Below the pieces are notes generated by a model. The model did not search any database. It saw nothing but the letters and a program-made list of their open reading frames with translations, and was not told where the DNA came from. A program made the translations under genes and the position numbers. Source: Octopus sinensis (Eukaryota). From it: a DNA stretch of 64,000 bases. The stretch is taken from the NCBI RefSeq assembly GCF_006345805.1, contig NC_042997.1:166098001-166162000 (forward strand), read 5' to 3'. Below are positions 13,498 through 25,711 of this stretch, one piece after another (the first letter of the stretch is position 1; each line of letters starts with the position of its first letter).

Positions 13498-14209
13498 AAA
13501 TAGACAGAATAGTGGAGAGAGTACAATATATAAAGGCTGCAGCACCGCATCTAATAGTATAATTCATGGCATATAGGGGAGTACAGTCACGTATAACTGG
13601 AACAAAAGATAAGTGGCCTAGTCGTTCGATTAATAATCTTCGTGCCATCGGTGACTCACGGCTATATAATAATAACAGTTTAAAAAGCTCTACGCAGTCT
13701 CTCGACCAGCTAGAAATAGCTGCCGAATTTCCCTCAAAGGATGGACAAATTGGACAACAAAGTGATAGGTATATAAAAACATTAGATTGGCATTACGTAA
13801 AGTCATTTCATTGTACTCTTGCTCAATTGGGACAAATCTGGAGGTTTAGCAACGACAACGATTTATAAAATGCAACTTCTAAAACATCTCAAACGAGATA
13901 CAGTAAAACACCAACTGGTGTTGGTTTTGCTTTATTGTCGTTGTCGTTGTCGTCGTCGTCGTCGTCGGTGGTGGTGGTGTGTGTGTTAGTGTGGGGGGGG
14001 CTGGTCCAGTGTGTTTTTCTTTTCTAAGACAGTAAGGCATGATATGTAGGAATTCGTCTGCTATTTCTAACAAATTAAGCAAGCTTGTATATAAGTATAT
14101 ATATATAATATATATATATATATGTTAAGGTATGTAGAAAAATACAACATGGACAAGAACGTAAACTCATAGAAGACGATACAATAACATGACAGGACAT
14201 TCGAACCCC

Positions 14210-14272
14210 TCAGTCTTCAGTCAAGAACCGGATCATCGTAGTAATTTCGGCTGATTAATCTTGAGATTACTA
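14210..14272 (-). ncRNA. Hammerhead-ribozyme-like motif with permuted strand order (copy 1)
   Basis: Minus strand reads TAGTAA-TC-TCAAGA-ttaa-TCAG-cc-GAAA-TTACTA-cgatgatccggt-TCTTGA-CTGAAGA-CTGA. Core CUGANGA, GAAA and AUC are present. Stem I is 6 bp, stem III is 7 bp, stem II is 4 bp and atypical. Confidence 0.55.
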
Positions 14273-14989
14273 GATCACGGCCAGCCCTCCAAGAAAAACT
14301 AAGCTGGAAGCGTAGATTTCCTGGAAGAAGGATCGAATGCATACGAACACCAGGACAGCAAAAGGGACAGATATAAAAAAACAAAAAACAATAATGGAAT
14401 ACAGAAACATGAAATACAGAAGCATTAACGGTGAAAACAACAAGTGTCTTACGACTGATAACAAGCAACAAATTTTTTCTCTGGCGCATTGGAAAAGCCT
14501 TTATAGCGGCGGACGAAGAACAACGATGTTAACACGACGAGGGTCAGGAGCTGAAAGGCAGATTTCGGCCAACAGTCACGTGACAGAGAAGAGGGAAAAG
14601 AAAAGAAAGAGAGCAAAGGAAGAGAGAGAGAGAAAAGGGGACAAAACGCAACAGAGAGAGAAGAGAGAGAAAGAAATCATAGAGGAGAAGGGATGGTGTC
14701 GAAGAATGACCTGTGAGTGCAGAGCGAGACAAAGAAATAGGAGGGTAGTGAAGACTAGACCAAAGGATCAGAGGAAAGAGAAGATGAATAGAGAGAAAGT
14801 AAAAATGAGAGAGAGAGAGAGACAAACAGAGAGTCGTACCAATTATTAAGATATGTGTTCACATTAATGATAAAGGGGGTACGGGGCGCCTGGAATATAT
14901 GTTAAGGTATGTAGAAAAATACAACATGGACAAGAACGTATAACTCATAGAAGACGATACAATAAACATGGACAGGACATTCGAACCCC

Positions 14990-15052
14990 TCAGTCTTCAG
15001 TCAAGAACCGGATCATCGTAGTAATTTCGGCTGATTAATCTTGAGATTACTA
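14990..15052 (-). ncRNA. Hammerhead-ribozyme-like motif (copy 2)
   Basis: Identical to copy 1, offset 780 bp. Confidence 0.55.
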
Positions 15053-15767
15053 GATCACGGCCAGCCCTCCAAGAAAAACTAAGCTGGAAGCGTAGATTTC
15101 CTGGAAGAAGGATCGAATGCATACGACACCAGGACAGCAAAAGGGACAGATATAAAAAAACAAAAAACAATAATGGAATACAGAAACATGAAATACAGAA
15201 GCATTAACGGTGAAAACAACAAGTGTCTTACGACTGATAACAGCAAACAAATTTTTTCTCTGGCGCATTGGAAAAAGCCTTTATAGCGGCGGACGAAGAA
15301 CAACGATGTTAACACGACGAGGGTCAGGAGCTGAAAGGCAGATTTCGGCAACAGTCACGTGACAGAGAAGAGGGAAAAGAAAAGAAAGAGAGCAAAGGAA
15401 GAGAGAGAGAGAAAAGGGGACAAAACGCAACAAAGAGAGAGAAGAAGAGAAAGAAGGATCAGAGAGGAGAAGGGATGGGTGTCGAAGAATGACCTGTGAG
15501 TGCAGAGCGAGACAAAGAAATAGGAGGGTAGTGGAAGACTAGACCAAAGGATCAGAGGAAAAGAAGATGAATAGAGAAAGTAAAAATGAGAGAGAGAGAG
15601 AGACAAACAGAGAGTCGTACCAATTATTAAGAATATGTGTTCACATTAATGATAAAGGGGTACGGGGCCTGGAATATATGTTAAGGTATGTAGAAAAATA
15701 CACATGGACAAGAACGTATAACTCATAGAAGACGATACAATAAACATGGACAGGACATTCGAACCCC

Positions 15768-15830
15768 TCAGTCTTCAGTCAAGAACCGGATCATCGTAGT
15801 AATTTCGGCTGATTAATCTTGAGATTACTA
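15768..15830 (-). ncRNA. Hammerhead-ribozyme-like motif (copy 3)
   Basis: Identical to copy 1, offset 1558 bp. Confidence 0.55.
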
Positions 15831-16825
15831 GATCACGGCCAGCCCTCCAAGAAAAACAAAGCTGGAAGCGTAGATTTCCTGGAAGAAGGATCGAATGCAT
15901 ACGAACACCAGGACAGCAAAAGGGACAGATATAAAAAAACAAAAAACAATAATGGAATACAGAACATGAAATACAGAAGCATTAACGGTGAAAACAACAA
16001 GTGTCTTACGACTGATAACAAGCAACAAATTTTTTCTCTGGCGCATTGGAAAAAGCCTTTATAGCGGCGGACGAAGAACACGATGTTAACACGACGAGGG
16101 TCAGGAGCTGAAAGGCAGATTTCGATATATATATTTGTATTGTAATCAGTGAAAAAGGCAAGCACAGAATCACAGGAAATAAGATAACCGAAATTGGTAT
16201 CTGTGAACTAAGTTTTTTATTCTTGCTTTTAGCCATTAACGTCTGGAATTTCAACAACTGTAATTTCTAATTCTATTAAAATCTTATCTAAATGTTTATT
16301 TATTGAAGCCAACGTTGAACTATTCCGGGAACTCAATGATATTTATATCTAGAAACCAGTGTTTTGTTCCTATTTAGGTCCATGTTAGCTCTAAGTAGAG
16401 CTACAGTCAAAGGTATACCAATCATAGCTATACTGTCTTTTCTTTTTATAGGGTATAACTGAGATTACAATGTCCAATGTAGCATGTTTTTAAAGATGGT
16501 TGGGTGTGATTCGAGGGAACATTTTGTCTACCATTCCCAGCAGATTTATCAATCGAGTTAAAGGGATGATGGAATGGAAAGGGTGTTAAATAGGAATGGG
16601 AATCCTTTTAGAAACAGGAGCTAATCACAAGTACATAAGAACTAGATGCAGCGTACTCAAAAACTAACGAATCTTCTAATTTACAAATTCAAAGCTATGC
16701 AACATGCGGGGCCTACAAAATTGTTTTTATCCATTCAATGACTTTTGCATCTAATACTTCTAATTAAATATAATTTTCCCTTCTTCGCAGGTATATATAT
16801 AAATTTAATATCAATTGAAATGTGG

Positions 16826-17255
16826 AAGGCGGTAAGCTGGCAGAATCGTTAGTACGCCGGGCAAAATGTTTAGCGGCATTTTATCCGTCCTTACGTTATG
16901 AGTTCAAATTGTACCAAGGTCGACTTTGCTCTTCATCTTTTCGATAAAATAAGTACCAGTTAAACACTAGGGTCGGTGTAATCGACTTAACCCTTCTCTC
17001 AATTATTGGCCTTATGCCAAAATGTGAAACCAATATTAATTTCAATGAAGGCTGCGAGCAAGCAGAACCGTTAGCACGCCAGAAAAATTTCTTAGTGGCA
17101 TTTAGTCCGTCTTTGCGTTCTGAGTCCAAATTCCATCGAAATCGACTTTACCTTTCACCCTTTCGAGGTCGATAAAATAAGTAACAGTTGAATACTGGAT
17201 CAATGTAATCGACTTACCCTCTATCTCGAAATTGCTGGCCTTGTGCTAAAAGTTG
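16826..17255 (+). mobile_element. Two diverged SINE-A copies with the alternative tail (aaattgctggccttgtg..aaa)
   Basis: Same head and core as SINE-A, different 3' tail. Confidence 0.75.
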
Positions 17256-17289
17256 ACACCATTATTGATTGAATTTAATAAAATACAGC

Positions 17290-18200
17290 AATGAAAAATT
17301 GTAGAAATAAAGATATTGCTGAATCGGCACACAAGCAAGTCATCAATTGCTATCAATATGGGAAGTTTAATCGACAAATTGCTCAAACTTTTCTGTATTA
17401 ATAATGAAAGTGTTAGCCAAATTCAATAGATGAACTGAAGAAGGGTATTACTAAGTGAAGAAGGGATCTGGGAGGCCACAAATAGTTGGGGAAAGAGTGT
17501 TAAGAAGGAAGTTATAAAACAACGACTTGCAACTGTTCGCGAGGTTGAAAATTCTATGGATGAGTAGCAATATTGTATATGAACAGTATTGAAAGGCCTT
17601 GGATATGAACGAAGAGTTGCGAGAATGAATTCAAAAGCTACTTAAACTAAAAGGCGCAACTTGTGTTCTAAAGTGTTCTACAATAAGGAGAATGAGTTTT
17701 GGTCGCCAATAATATGATCTGACTAAAGCAAATCCCACCAAATGTACGTAGATGTGCGTCATAGCAAAACTGAAATATGAGAACGACATTGTTTATAAGG
17801 AAAAGTTAAACATGGAGGATTTAAATTTATGGTATGAGGGGAAACAATGACTAGAGCTCGTGTTTTTCTTTCTTCTTTTTTTTGAAAATACTGCTAAATA
17901 CTTGGAAAGAACACGTTACTCATCTAATCCAGTGTAGGAATTGATAAAAAAAAAACAATCTCTTTTCAATGAGATTAAGCTCCAAGCTTAGGTATCACAA
18001 ACCTAGAAAAGAATTCACGAATAGGAGCTTTGAGCAATCCCTGAAGTGGATTACTCAAAGCTTATAGAATACATATGGAAACTTTATAGAAGGATGCAAG
18101 CAACATTGTCAAAAAATACATCCACAGAGCTGGAAAAATATTGACTGAAGATTGAAGAAACGTGGTTTAGTATGTTACTAATAATATAATTAAACCCATG
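17290..18200 (+). mobile_element. Degraded Tc1-like transposase relic
   Basis: Fragments SGRPQIVGERVLRR, FWSPII*SD*SK (WSDESK-like) and GKVKHGG..FMV*G (TVKHGGGSxMVWG-like). Confidence 0.7.
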
Positions 18201-18432
18201 CCTAATCGAGTGCAAGCCGGGATATTAGTACCAACTTCCATTTATTTTTAATAACTTTTCATGAAGATGTTTAACGTTAGATTAACGTTGCATTTCATTA
18301 CAGGCCATTGTATATGAAGTTACTTCAGTTACTTGGGTCAAAAAACTTAAATTGTTTTTAGATTTTAGAGATTTATCAGGAGTCAATTATCGAATTTGAA
18401 GGCGGGCGAAATTTTGTCAGCATGCAAGGCGC

Positions 18433-18845
18433 TCTTTTACTCTTTTGTTCTTTTACTTGTTTCATTCATTTGACTGTAATCATGCTGGAGCACCGCCTTT
18501 AGTCGGTCAAATCGACCCCAGGACTTATTCTTTGTAAGCATAGTACTTATTCTATCGGTCTCTTTTGCCGAACCGCTAAGCTACGGGGACGTAAACATAC
18601 TAGCATCGGTTGTCAAACGATATTGGGGGGACAAACACAGGCACACACACATACATATATATATATACATATACATATATACGACGGGCCACTTTCAGTT
18701 TCCGTCTACCAAATCCACTCACAAGGTTTTGGTCGACCCGAGGTTATAGTAGAAGACATTTGACCCAGGTGCCACGCAGTAGGACTGAACCCGGAACCAT
18801 GTGGTTCACAAGCAAGCTACTTACCACACAGCCACTCCTACGCCT
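18433..18845 (-). mobile_element. tRNA-derived SINE family C
   Basis: Reverse complement of the copy at 51314-51744. Internal TA/CA microsatellite and (GTAAAAGA)-like tail. Confidence 0.9.
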
Positions 18846-19524
18846 ATTTAATTACGAGCGTCGGTCATGACCTTTTGTAGGCACTTTGTGTCAAGCTTGG
18901 TACGCCAATATTCTCAGTTCAAATTTTTCTCTCCTACCCAGTCCGGATGTTTACTTTTTGCCTTTCCTGTGTCGATAAAGTTCCAGTTTTCCTTTTTGTT
19001 GCTGTTTGGCTACAGGCCAGATGTAATAGAACAGTTCTGTGATTAAAGACATTCGAGTAATGACCGACACTCGTGATTAAATACATTCGAGTCGTGACCA
19101 ATACTCTTTATTCTGGTGTCTAGAATGATGAGTATGATTTACTTGCTATTTCTAGCACGTCGGTCAACATCTTAGAAGCTCCCTTGTTTACTCATGTAAG
19201 TGTATTTACTCCACATATGTCCACTTATACATACTACTGTTTATATATTATTAAAAACAATGTAATTGTTTATATCTTGCTAAAAAAATTGTATCACTGA
19301 CAGAAATAATCTAGTTTCTGTGTGAATCTGGGAAACTGCTAGATGAGTAGGAGTGGTATATCAGAATGTAAATGAACACCAAATATGAAAGTTGAGTAAA
19401 AGAAAATAATAGACTCTGTTTACTTTTACAGAAACAAGTGACCTAACATATATACAACAGCAGTTTTAAGCAATTGTACTCAAGCTATAGTAAATATGTA
19501 CAGGAACTGAATTTAAAATTATAA

Positions 19525-19783
19525 ATAATAATAAATGTGCCCTTTTAAATCCTAGCCAGGCTCATGGGCCCGGTTCCCCGGTTTCTATGGCGTATGCGTT
19601 CCCCAGCTGGACGGGACGCCTGTCCATCGCATCGTTAATCATTTTTGCCAGCTGAGTGGACTGGAGCAACGTGAAATGAAGTGTTTTGCTCAAGAACACA
19701 ACGCGTCGCCCAGTCCAGGAATCGAAACCACAATCATGCGATCATGATGCTGGCACCCTAACCACTAAGCCACGCGCCTCCAC
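19525..19783 (-). mobile_element. SINE family B variant (head + middle M2 + tail T1) with 15-bp TSD
   Basis: TSD aatttaaaattataa at 19510-19524 and 19784-19798. Tail matches 8870-8990. Confidence 0.9.
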
Positions 19784-21639
19784 AATTTAAAATTATAAGG
19801 ACCCCTATTTCTTTATAAGGGCATCAAACCAAATTGTTCTGGAGGTGAGAAGGGAGATTCGCCTCTTTTTATGGAGAAGTAGAGATGTAAGGGAGGTAAT
19901 TTGACTTCGTTGGGTGCGTTCCTTCTCCTTAGGAGACATTCGTCCAACAATTAGACATAAAAAATAAGAACAACGTAATTCCCCTGTATATAACCGATGA
20001 CAAAACCCTTTCTAAAAAGATCCTCTGCGTAGTTGCCTGGCTTTGTAGAAACAGCAGCCAAACCTCGCTCAAATCGCAACTTATCGTCTTAAATGAAAAC
20101 ATACATTTGATAATGCAGTCCTAGATATCTCTAAAATGACAAGCTGAAAAGGTTTTGATCACAGGAATGGCCTTTTCAAGCTGGAATGGTCTGAAATAAA
20201 TGGCCTATTCAGTCAAATCGGACTTGGAGCTTAACAACAACAATGACAATACCTAATTACAGCACTGGTATTGCCTGAAAAATACTATTTAAATATACTG
20301 AAAAAAATAAAAGGACTATGTTAAATAAAGTCATACAAGATTTGAAGCTCAAAGCATGACACACAGACCTTGGCAACTATAAGCAATCACAGACTAATGA
20401 GAAAACATTCTGCTTTGTTCGATCTACTAGAAGAAGTAACCAAATATCCCTCAAATCACTCTCTACTGGCTACGAATAAGAGGAAGGATGCATTAGAAAA
20501 GTAATATTTTCTGTCAAGTCTCGATGATGAGCATTTTTGTTCTTCGACTAACAGAATTCCTACTCAGTAAATTAGCATTTAAATGACTGAGTATTCCACG
20601 AGCATTTATACGCTTAATGCAATTCTCTGATTGAATCAGAGTGACTCAATATAACAAGACTAAACCTTTGAATTACAGGTAAAATCCAAAGAGAATAAAA
20701 AAAGATTTGATATTCCTTCTTTCCTCACTACTGGATAGTACTTAATTTGTAGACCTCCGAAGAAAATGAAAGAAAATCTGAAACACGCTAAAAGGTGAAC
20801 TCAGAACGTAGAGAGCCGGAACAAATAACACTTGGCTTTCTGTCTGTTATATAAGACTCAGAAAAACTTTTAAGAGATTTATTAAGGTAAATTACATTGG
20901 TCTCAAAGCAAAAGGATTCGCGTCGTAGAGTTTATAGACAGTTTTGTGCTTGTTTACAGGTAATACCTTACTTCATGGTTGCCTACAATCTCCCTTTCTC
21001 CCTCTGGATCTCCGCATGTAACCATGAGATTTACCCGAGAATTTGATATTCATTAGATAACATTAATAACGCATAGTTCAAATTTAACAAATGGTACAAT
21101 ATTAAACGATGAATAATAAAGAACGATTTTATGGTACAAATCGGTAACTTAATGCTGTTATCACACTATCCGACGCTCGAGCGTCTCTATCGAGTCGCCG
21201 GCTCACACTTTTGGTAGGTAATGTTGTTTTAAATACACCTAAAATAGCATGATGGTTACAATTAGAACGCCTCTGATCATAGGTCAGCTCGCTCTGGATT
21301 GACCTGCAGCTTAACAACAACTATATAAAAGGAAGACAACAAAAGGCATCTGACTGAAACCGAATTAATCAGAACTCCTTGTCATATGACTGCTGTGTTA
21401 GTAAATTTAAAGGAAGCTTCTTCAAATACACGTATACTCGTAGACTATAATAAAATGAAGATATGGGATGCTGTGTTGTTCTTGTATTTCCCATGGATGT
21501 TAATGACAAAAAAAGTAATTCAATTCTGAATTGAAACCGTATCGTACTGATTCAAATGCTGAAAATTATCTGAAACGATTCTCTGCTTATTGCTTTAACT
21601 AAATTAACCACAAATCAACGAAAGAATTCCGGCGTAGTT

Positions 21640-21815
21640 GCTCGGCGTTCTAGAAACAGCAGCCAAGTCTACCTCATATCGCAACCTACTGTCTTAAGGA
21701 AAGGATACATTGAACAGTATAGTGTCTTACATACATAAAAGATGGGATGGTTACGGTTACAACGTCTTTAATCATAGGTATGTTTGATCAGAGTTGACCG
21801 GGGCTAAACAACAAC
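21640..21815 (+). mobile_element. Dispersed short repeat ending in ctaaacaacaac (representative copy)
   Basis: Related copies near 4945-5125, 8215-8300, 16370-16540, 19000-19190, 20030-20245 and 21240-21320, sharing ctagaaa(t/c)agcagcca and tgatcatagg...ctaaacaacaac. Confidence 0.65.
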
Positions 21816-22725
21816 AGGCCTCCACCCCAGCCAACTAGTTTATATAGGTATGTAATATGAATATTATACGAACTGGAATGCAGAATCGGTGGAGCACCAA
21901 ACAAAGATTTTGTGTCATTTGGTTATTTCTTTTATGTTCTGTGTTCAAATCTTACCCGAGTCCACTTTACCTTTCAAGCATATAAACTCAATAAAATTAG
22001 ATAAGTACTGTGTTGATACAACAGATTATACCTTAGAAGACGGTGCCCAAGTATGGCCACAGTCTAATGGCTGAAAGCAGTAAAGACAAAAGCGAAAGCA
22101 AAAATTAAAAGAAATATTGTAACCTTCGAGGAAAATATGAGCAGCTGACGTAGTTTCAGCTAAGAATCGGGACGGAATCACGTACTCGACAACCTTTAAT
22201 CTCGGAGTAGTAATTTATTTCCTCTAAGCACAATGGTTTCTTTTTTGTAAGAATTTTGTATATAATGTTATCTTCGACTCCAGAAAATTACTGGTACTGT
22301 CGACTTCTAATGTATGAAAGACAATCTACCAAGGTAAAAACTGGACACTGAAATGTGAGACACCAATTATATATAATATCATAAAATACCTACTCAAGTG
22401 TTTATCGTTTGTGCCAGATCAATGTTTCAAACGAATAATGAGTGTATCGATAAACCTATGAAATGGCCTTACACATTTAAGTGTATGAAGTGACTAAAGT
22501 TAACGACTTTGAATTTATAAACGCTATACAAATACGGACAGCATACTATATTATTATTGTAGCATAAATAGATTCCATTAAAGCTTGGTTGATATTATAT
22601 AGCCTAGATTAGTTATATAGTAACAATAAAACACTATTAATACAAGTTATTGAAACATTAATAATACATAAAGTTTGGATCATAAAACAAAGAAAGATCA
22701 GTAAAAGTATTATACAAATTCTTAC

Positions 22726-23467
22726 CTGCATAGGAGTGCTGTGCAGCGTCCACTAAGTTACATGGAGTTGCATATTTTGGAAGTATCTTTTTGCCAGAAC
22801 CATCCGTTAAATGAGAAATTGGTTTGGAAGGTCGTATTTGGAAATTCTTAGACACTTCATCCATATCAAGAACCACAGAAGAAAGTTTGTGATGCAGATT
22901 ATTGTTAATACGTTCCTGGCGAAATACTTTCGTTTCTATGGAATGTAATGCTTTAATCAACTGGGTAAGATTAGTTTTTAAAGTGTTCAAACCAGAATCG
23001 ATGTGATCGATTTCCATATCATGTCCCTTTACGTTACTCTCGTACAAATTTGCACGTTCACGCTCCACCTTTTGCATTTCTTGAAGATATTGCAAGCGCT
23101 GGGTCAAGAACGCCAAACGTCTTCTGCAAATACCGCCGCTTTTGTCATTTGGCGCAGAAGTCTCTGATGACATAGCATCAACATCGAAGAAATAATCCCC
23201 ACTCTCCGGATTTATTCCTGGTTCGTTAAAAATTTCATCTTCATCATCTGTCCGTTTATCGGCAAAGGATTTGTTTACTTTTGTTTTGTTGCTGGGTGTC
23301 AAAATTGGACAAAGGGGTGTGATGCGACGGTTCACAACGATGGTGTATGAACAGGACTCTGTTCTAATAGTTGTTTGTTTTGTATAATTTTTAGCTTTTA
23401 CTAAGCAGAGGCAGAAAACAAGAAGTGTAATTTGTAATTTCTGGTGAAATATATCTCCAAAAGTCAT
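22726..23467 (-). CDS. First coding exon of a secreted coiled-coil protein (angiopoietin / fibrinogen-related-like N-terminus); gene continues toward lower coordinates
   Basis: 247 codons + 1 nt with no stop. ATG at 23467 with an in-frame TGA upstream. Signal-peptide-like start (MTFGDIFHQKLQITLLVFCLCLVKA), ESCSYTIVV motif resembling the angiopoietin CSYTF motif, and a long heptad-rich segment (LTQRLQYLQEMQK...LKTNLTQLIKAL...LHHKL). Ends at a strong phase-1 donor CAG|GTAAGA (…HSYA G). A polypyrimidine acceptor lies at ~23523. Family call is by motif recall only. Confidence 0.85.
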
Positions 23468-25477
23468 ACTTCTCAAATGGAAGGAACTGGCAATAGATCA
23501 GGAATAAACCGCTTTGAATAAATCTTCGTGTGAAAAAAAAAAGAAAAAAGATTAATTTCAAGGATATTATGTGATGACTGAATTTGTAAATAAATATTTT
23601 TTTACTTGAAGGTCAAAAATAAACAGAGCCTTAGGTATGGAAATGTAGACACTGCAGAAAAATGAAAATCATGAAGGGTGGTGTAATAATCCAGCAATAA
23701 CGTATGTTTTCAACAGTTGGTGCAAAACAAAATGTATAGAAAACCTCAAGCCAAAAAACGATGTCTAACAGATGTTAATTTTGTGAGAATGCTGCATCAG
23801 GTTTTCTGGTTCGTTTCATTAATTTTAAGTTAAGCTGTTTACTAGCGCCGACTAATATAAAGCTGTGTTGTTAGGCTAGCTTTTAGTCAGCTGGCCGCCC
23901 TTCAATTTAAATGGGATACACCCACTGTCAAGGTGTTTTGTTTATGTTGAAAAGGTATATCAACTTAAATCTACAGATTATTTAATTTATTAAACATCAT
24001 AATTACTGAATTCCCTGCATTAGTATCATCATCTCCTCCCCCAGCTACTAAAAACAACATCATCAGCAGAGGTAGCTGCAGACACTGCAGTAGAAGCAGT
24101 TTCTATTTTGATTGTCAACGCAATTTTTTGTTATTACTTAAAACAGTTATTTTAGAGATGATATTATCGTTTTTCCTGTTATCGCCATCCTACTAAGATT
24201 ACAGTCTCACTGTCATCATCACCCTTACTATAATTCCCACTACCATTACTACGATTTCTAACCCCTATCACCTCTTCCACAATAATAACGAATACAGCAT
24301 AATTTTACAACCTGCCAAGTCAAAATCCGGGGTATATAGTCTATTTAGATTGAAGCGCCTGTCATTTTATTTCGCGCCAAAATACAAGGAATGATATCAC
24401 TGTATCTTAAAAGAGAAGGGAGGAGGGCAAACTGTGTTGGTTGATATATATGGCGGGTAGTTTTCTCTTCGGCTCTCTCTGTTAGTAATTGCGCTATAAT
24501 AGCAAGGAAATTGTACATTGCTATGTTATCAATAGCTGCGGCTCCTATTTTAAAGATATTTGACTTCAACTACGTAAACCATGATTGTCACAACGTCTTA
24601 TTTATCATCTTAAAATATCGGATGCCACGCCGAGGGACAAGCTTTAATACTTTAATGACGTATTGTTCTAAGCTCAAATGCCACTGGGAACAACTTTACT
24701 TTTTATCCCTTCAAGCTCTCAAACCGACGATGCTATTCTGTTACCCATGTAAAACCTTATGCCAGTGTGTTATGTCTTCATTGGTGTTCATTTCTTTGTT
24801 CTTGTTTTTGTTAGGATATTTGTTGTTAAGATTCTTTCCAGTATATTCATCAAAAGTAATTTTGATTAGCTTTACACTAAATAAAACTACGTTTATTTTG
24901 CTTTGATTTTATCTACTAAAATTATTTGTGTCTTTCCCCTTATTTTCTGTTGCTATTTGCCCTGAAAGAAAAACATAGGAGTCAAATAATGTTATTTCTT
25001 CTTCCTTAATAAAATTAAGTACTGGTTTCTGTGAAAAATTTCTTCGGGAAGAGGCATATCTTTATTTTTTCATCCACCAAACATTATCAGACATGTAACT
25101 TAAACAGAATGGACATCCACTGTATGTATGGCCAAACACAAAATATAACTCAATTAAATTGGAATTTTCTTCTTGCTAAGTGAGACATTTTTGTTAAGAA
25201 CTTTTTACATCCATCATTCTGTACAATGCTTCTTATCTTATCTAAATTCAAGTCATTCGACCATTTTAATTATTCGCCACATTCATTTAATTCTTTTACT
25301 CTAAAACATGTACACAACCTAATCATTTTTCTTGTAATGTAGAGTTTAATAAACATGAGTGTTTTCTAACAGTGCACAGCAGTTGGCCTGGGGCTTTGGG
25401 AATTAAGTGCATTGGTGGTAAAAGTGCATAGGTCATAGATACAACACAACGCTGGTCACAGTATACGACCTGCTTAC

Positions 25478-25565
25478 CCTCCTTTCGAGGCGTTTCTTTC
25501 TTTCTAGTATATTGACTTCGCCATCAGAAACTGACAAAGAGAAACGCTTGTCAATTCTGTCTGTC
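25478..25565 (-). other. Candidate non-coding 5' exon of the same gene
   Basis: Acceptor cacttcttcag| and strong donor GG|GTAAGC bound 88 nt, 2 kb upstream of the coding exon on the same strand and just downstream of a CT-rich tract. Confidence 0.35.
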
Positions 25566-25678
25566 CTGAAGAAGTGATTAATATTTAGAAAAAGAAGGAA
25601 AAGAGAGGGATAGAGAGAGAAAGGAAATTTTTGTATACATATATATGTATATATATATATAGAGAGAGAGAGAGGGAC

Positions 25679-25711
<33 letters not shown>

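Larger units (their letters stand above)
14117..16124 (-). repeat. Tandem array of a ~780-bp unit (2 full copies + 1 partial), retrozyme / Penelope-pLTR-like, flanked by TA runs
   Basis: The anchor gttaaggtatg recurs at 14124, 14901 and 15680. The third copy stops at ...gcagatttcg (16124). Copies differ almost only by 1-nt indels. (TA)n lies on both flanks. Confidence 0.9.

Noticed and set aside
14337-14849. 170-aa basic ORF in the tandem unit
   Set aside because: Low-complexity GA-rich translation whose frame is broken in copies 2 and 3.
17450-17772. Minus-strand exon of the secreted-protein gene (good acceptor at ~17772)
   Set aside because: The phase-1 frame stops at once, and the plus strand is a Tc1 transposase relic.
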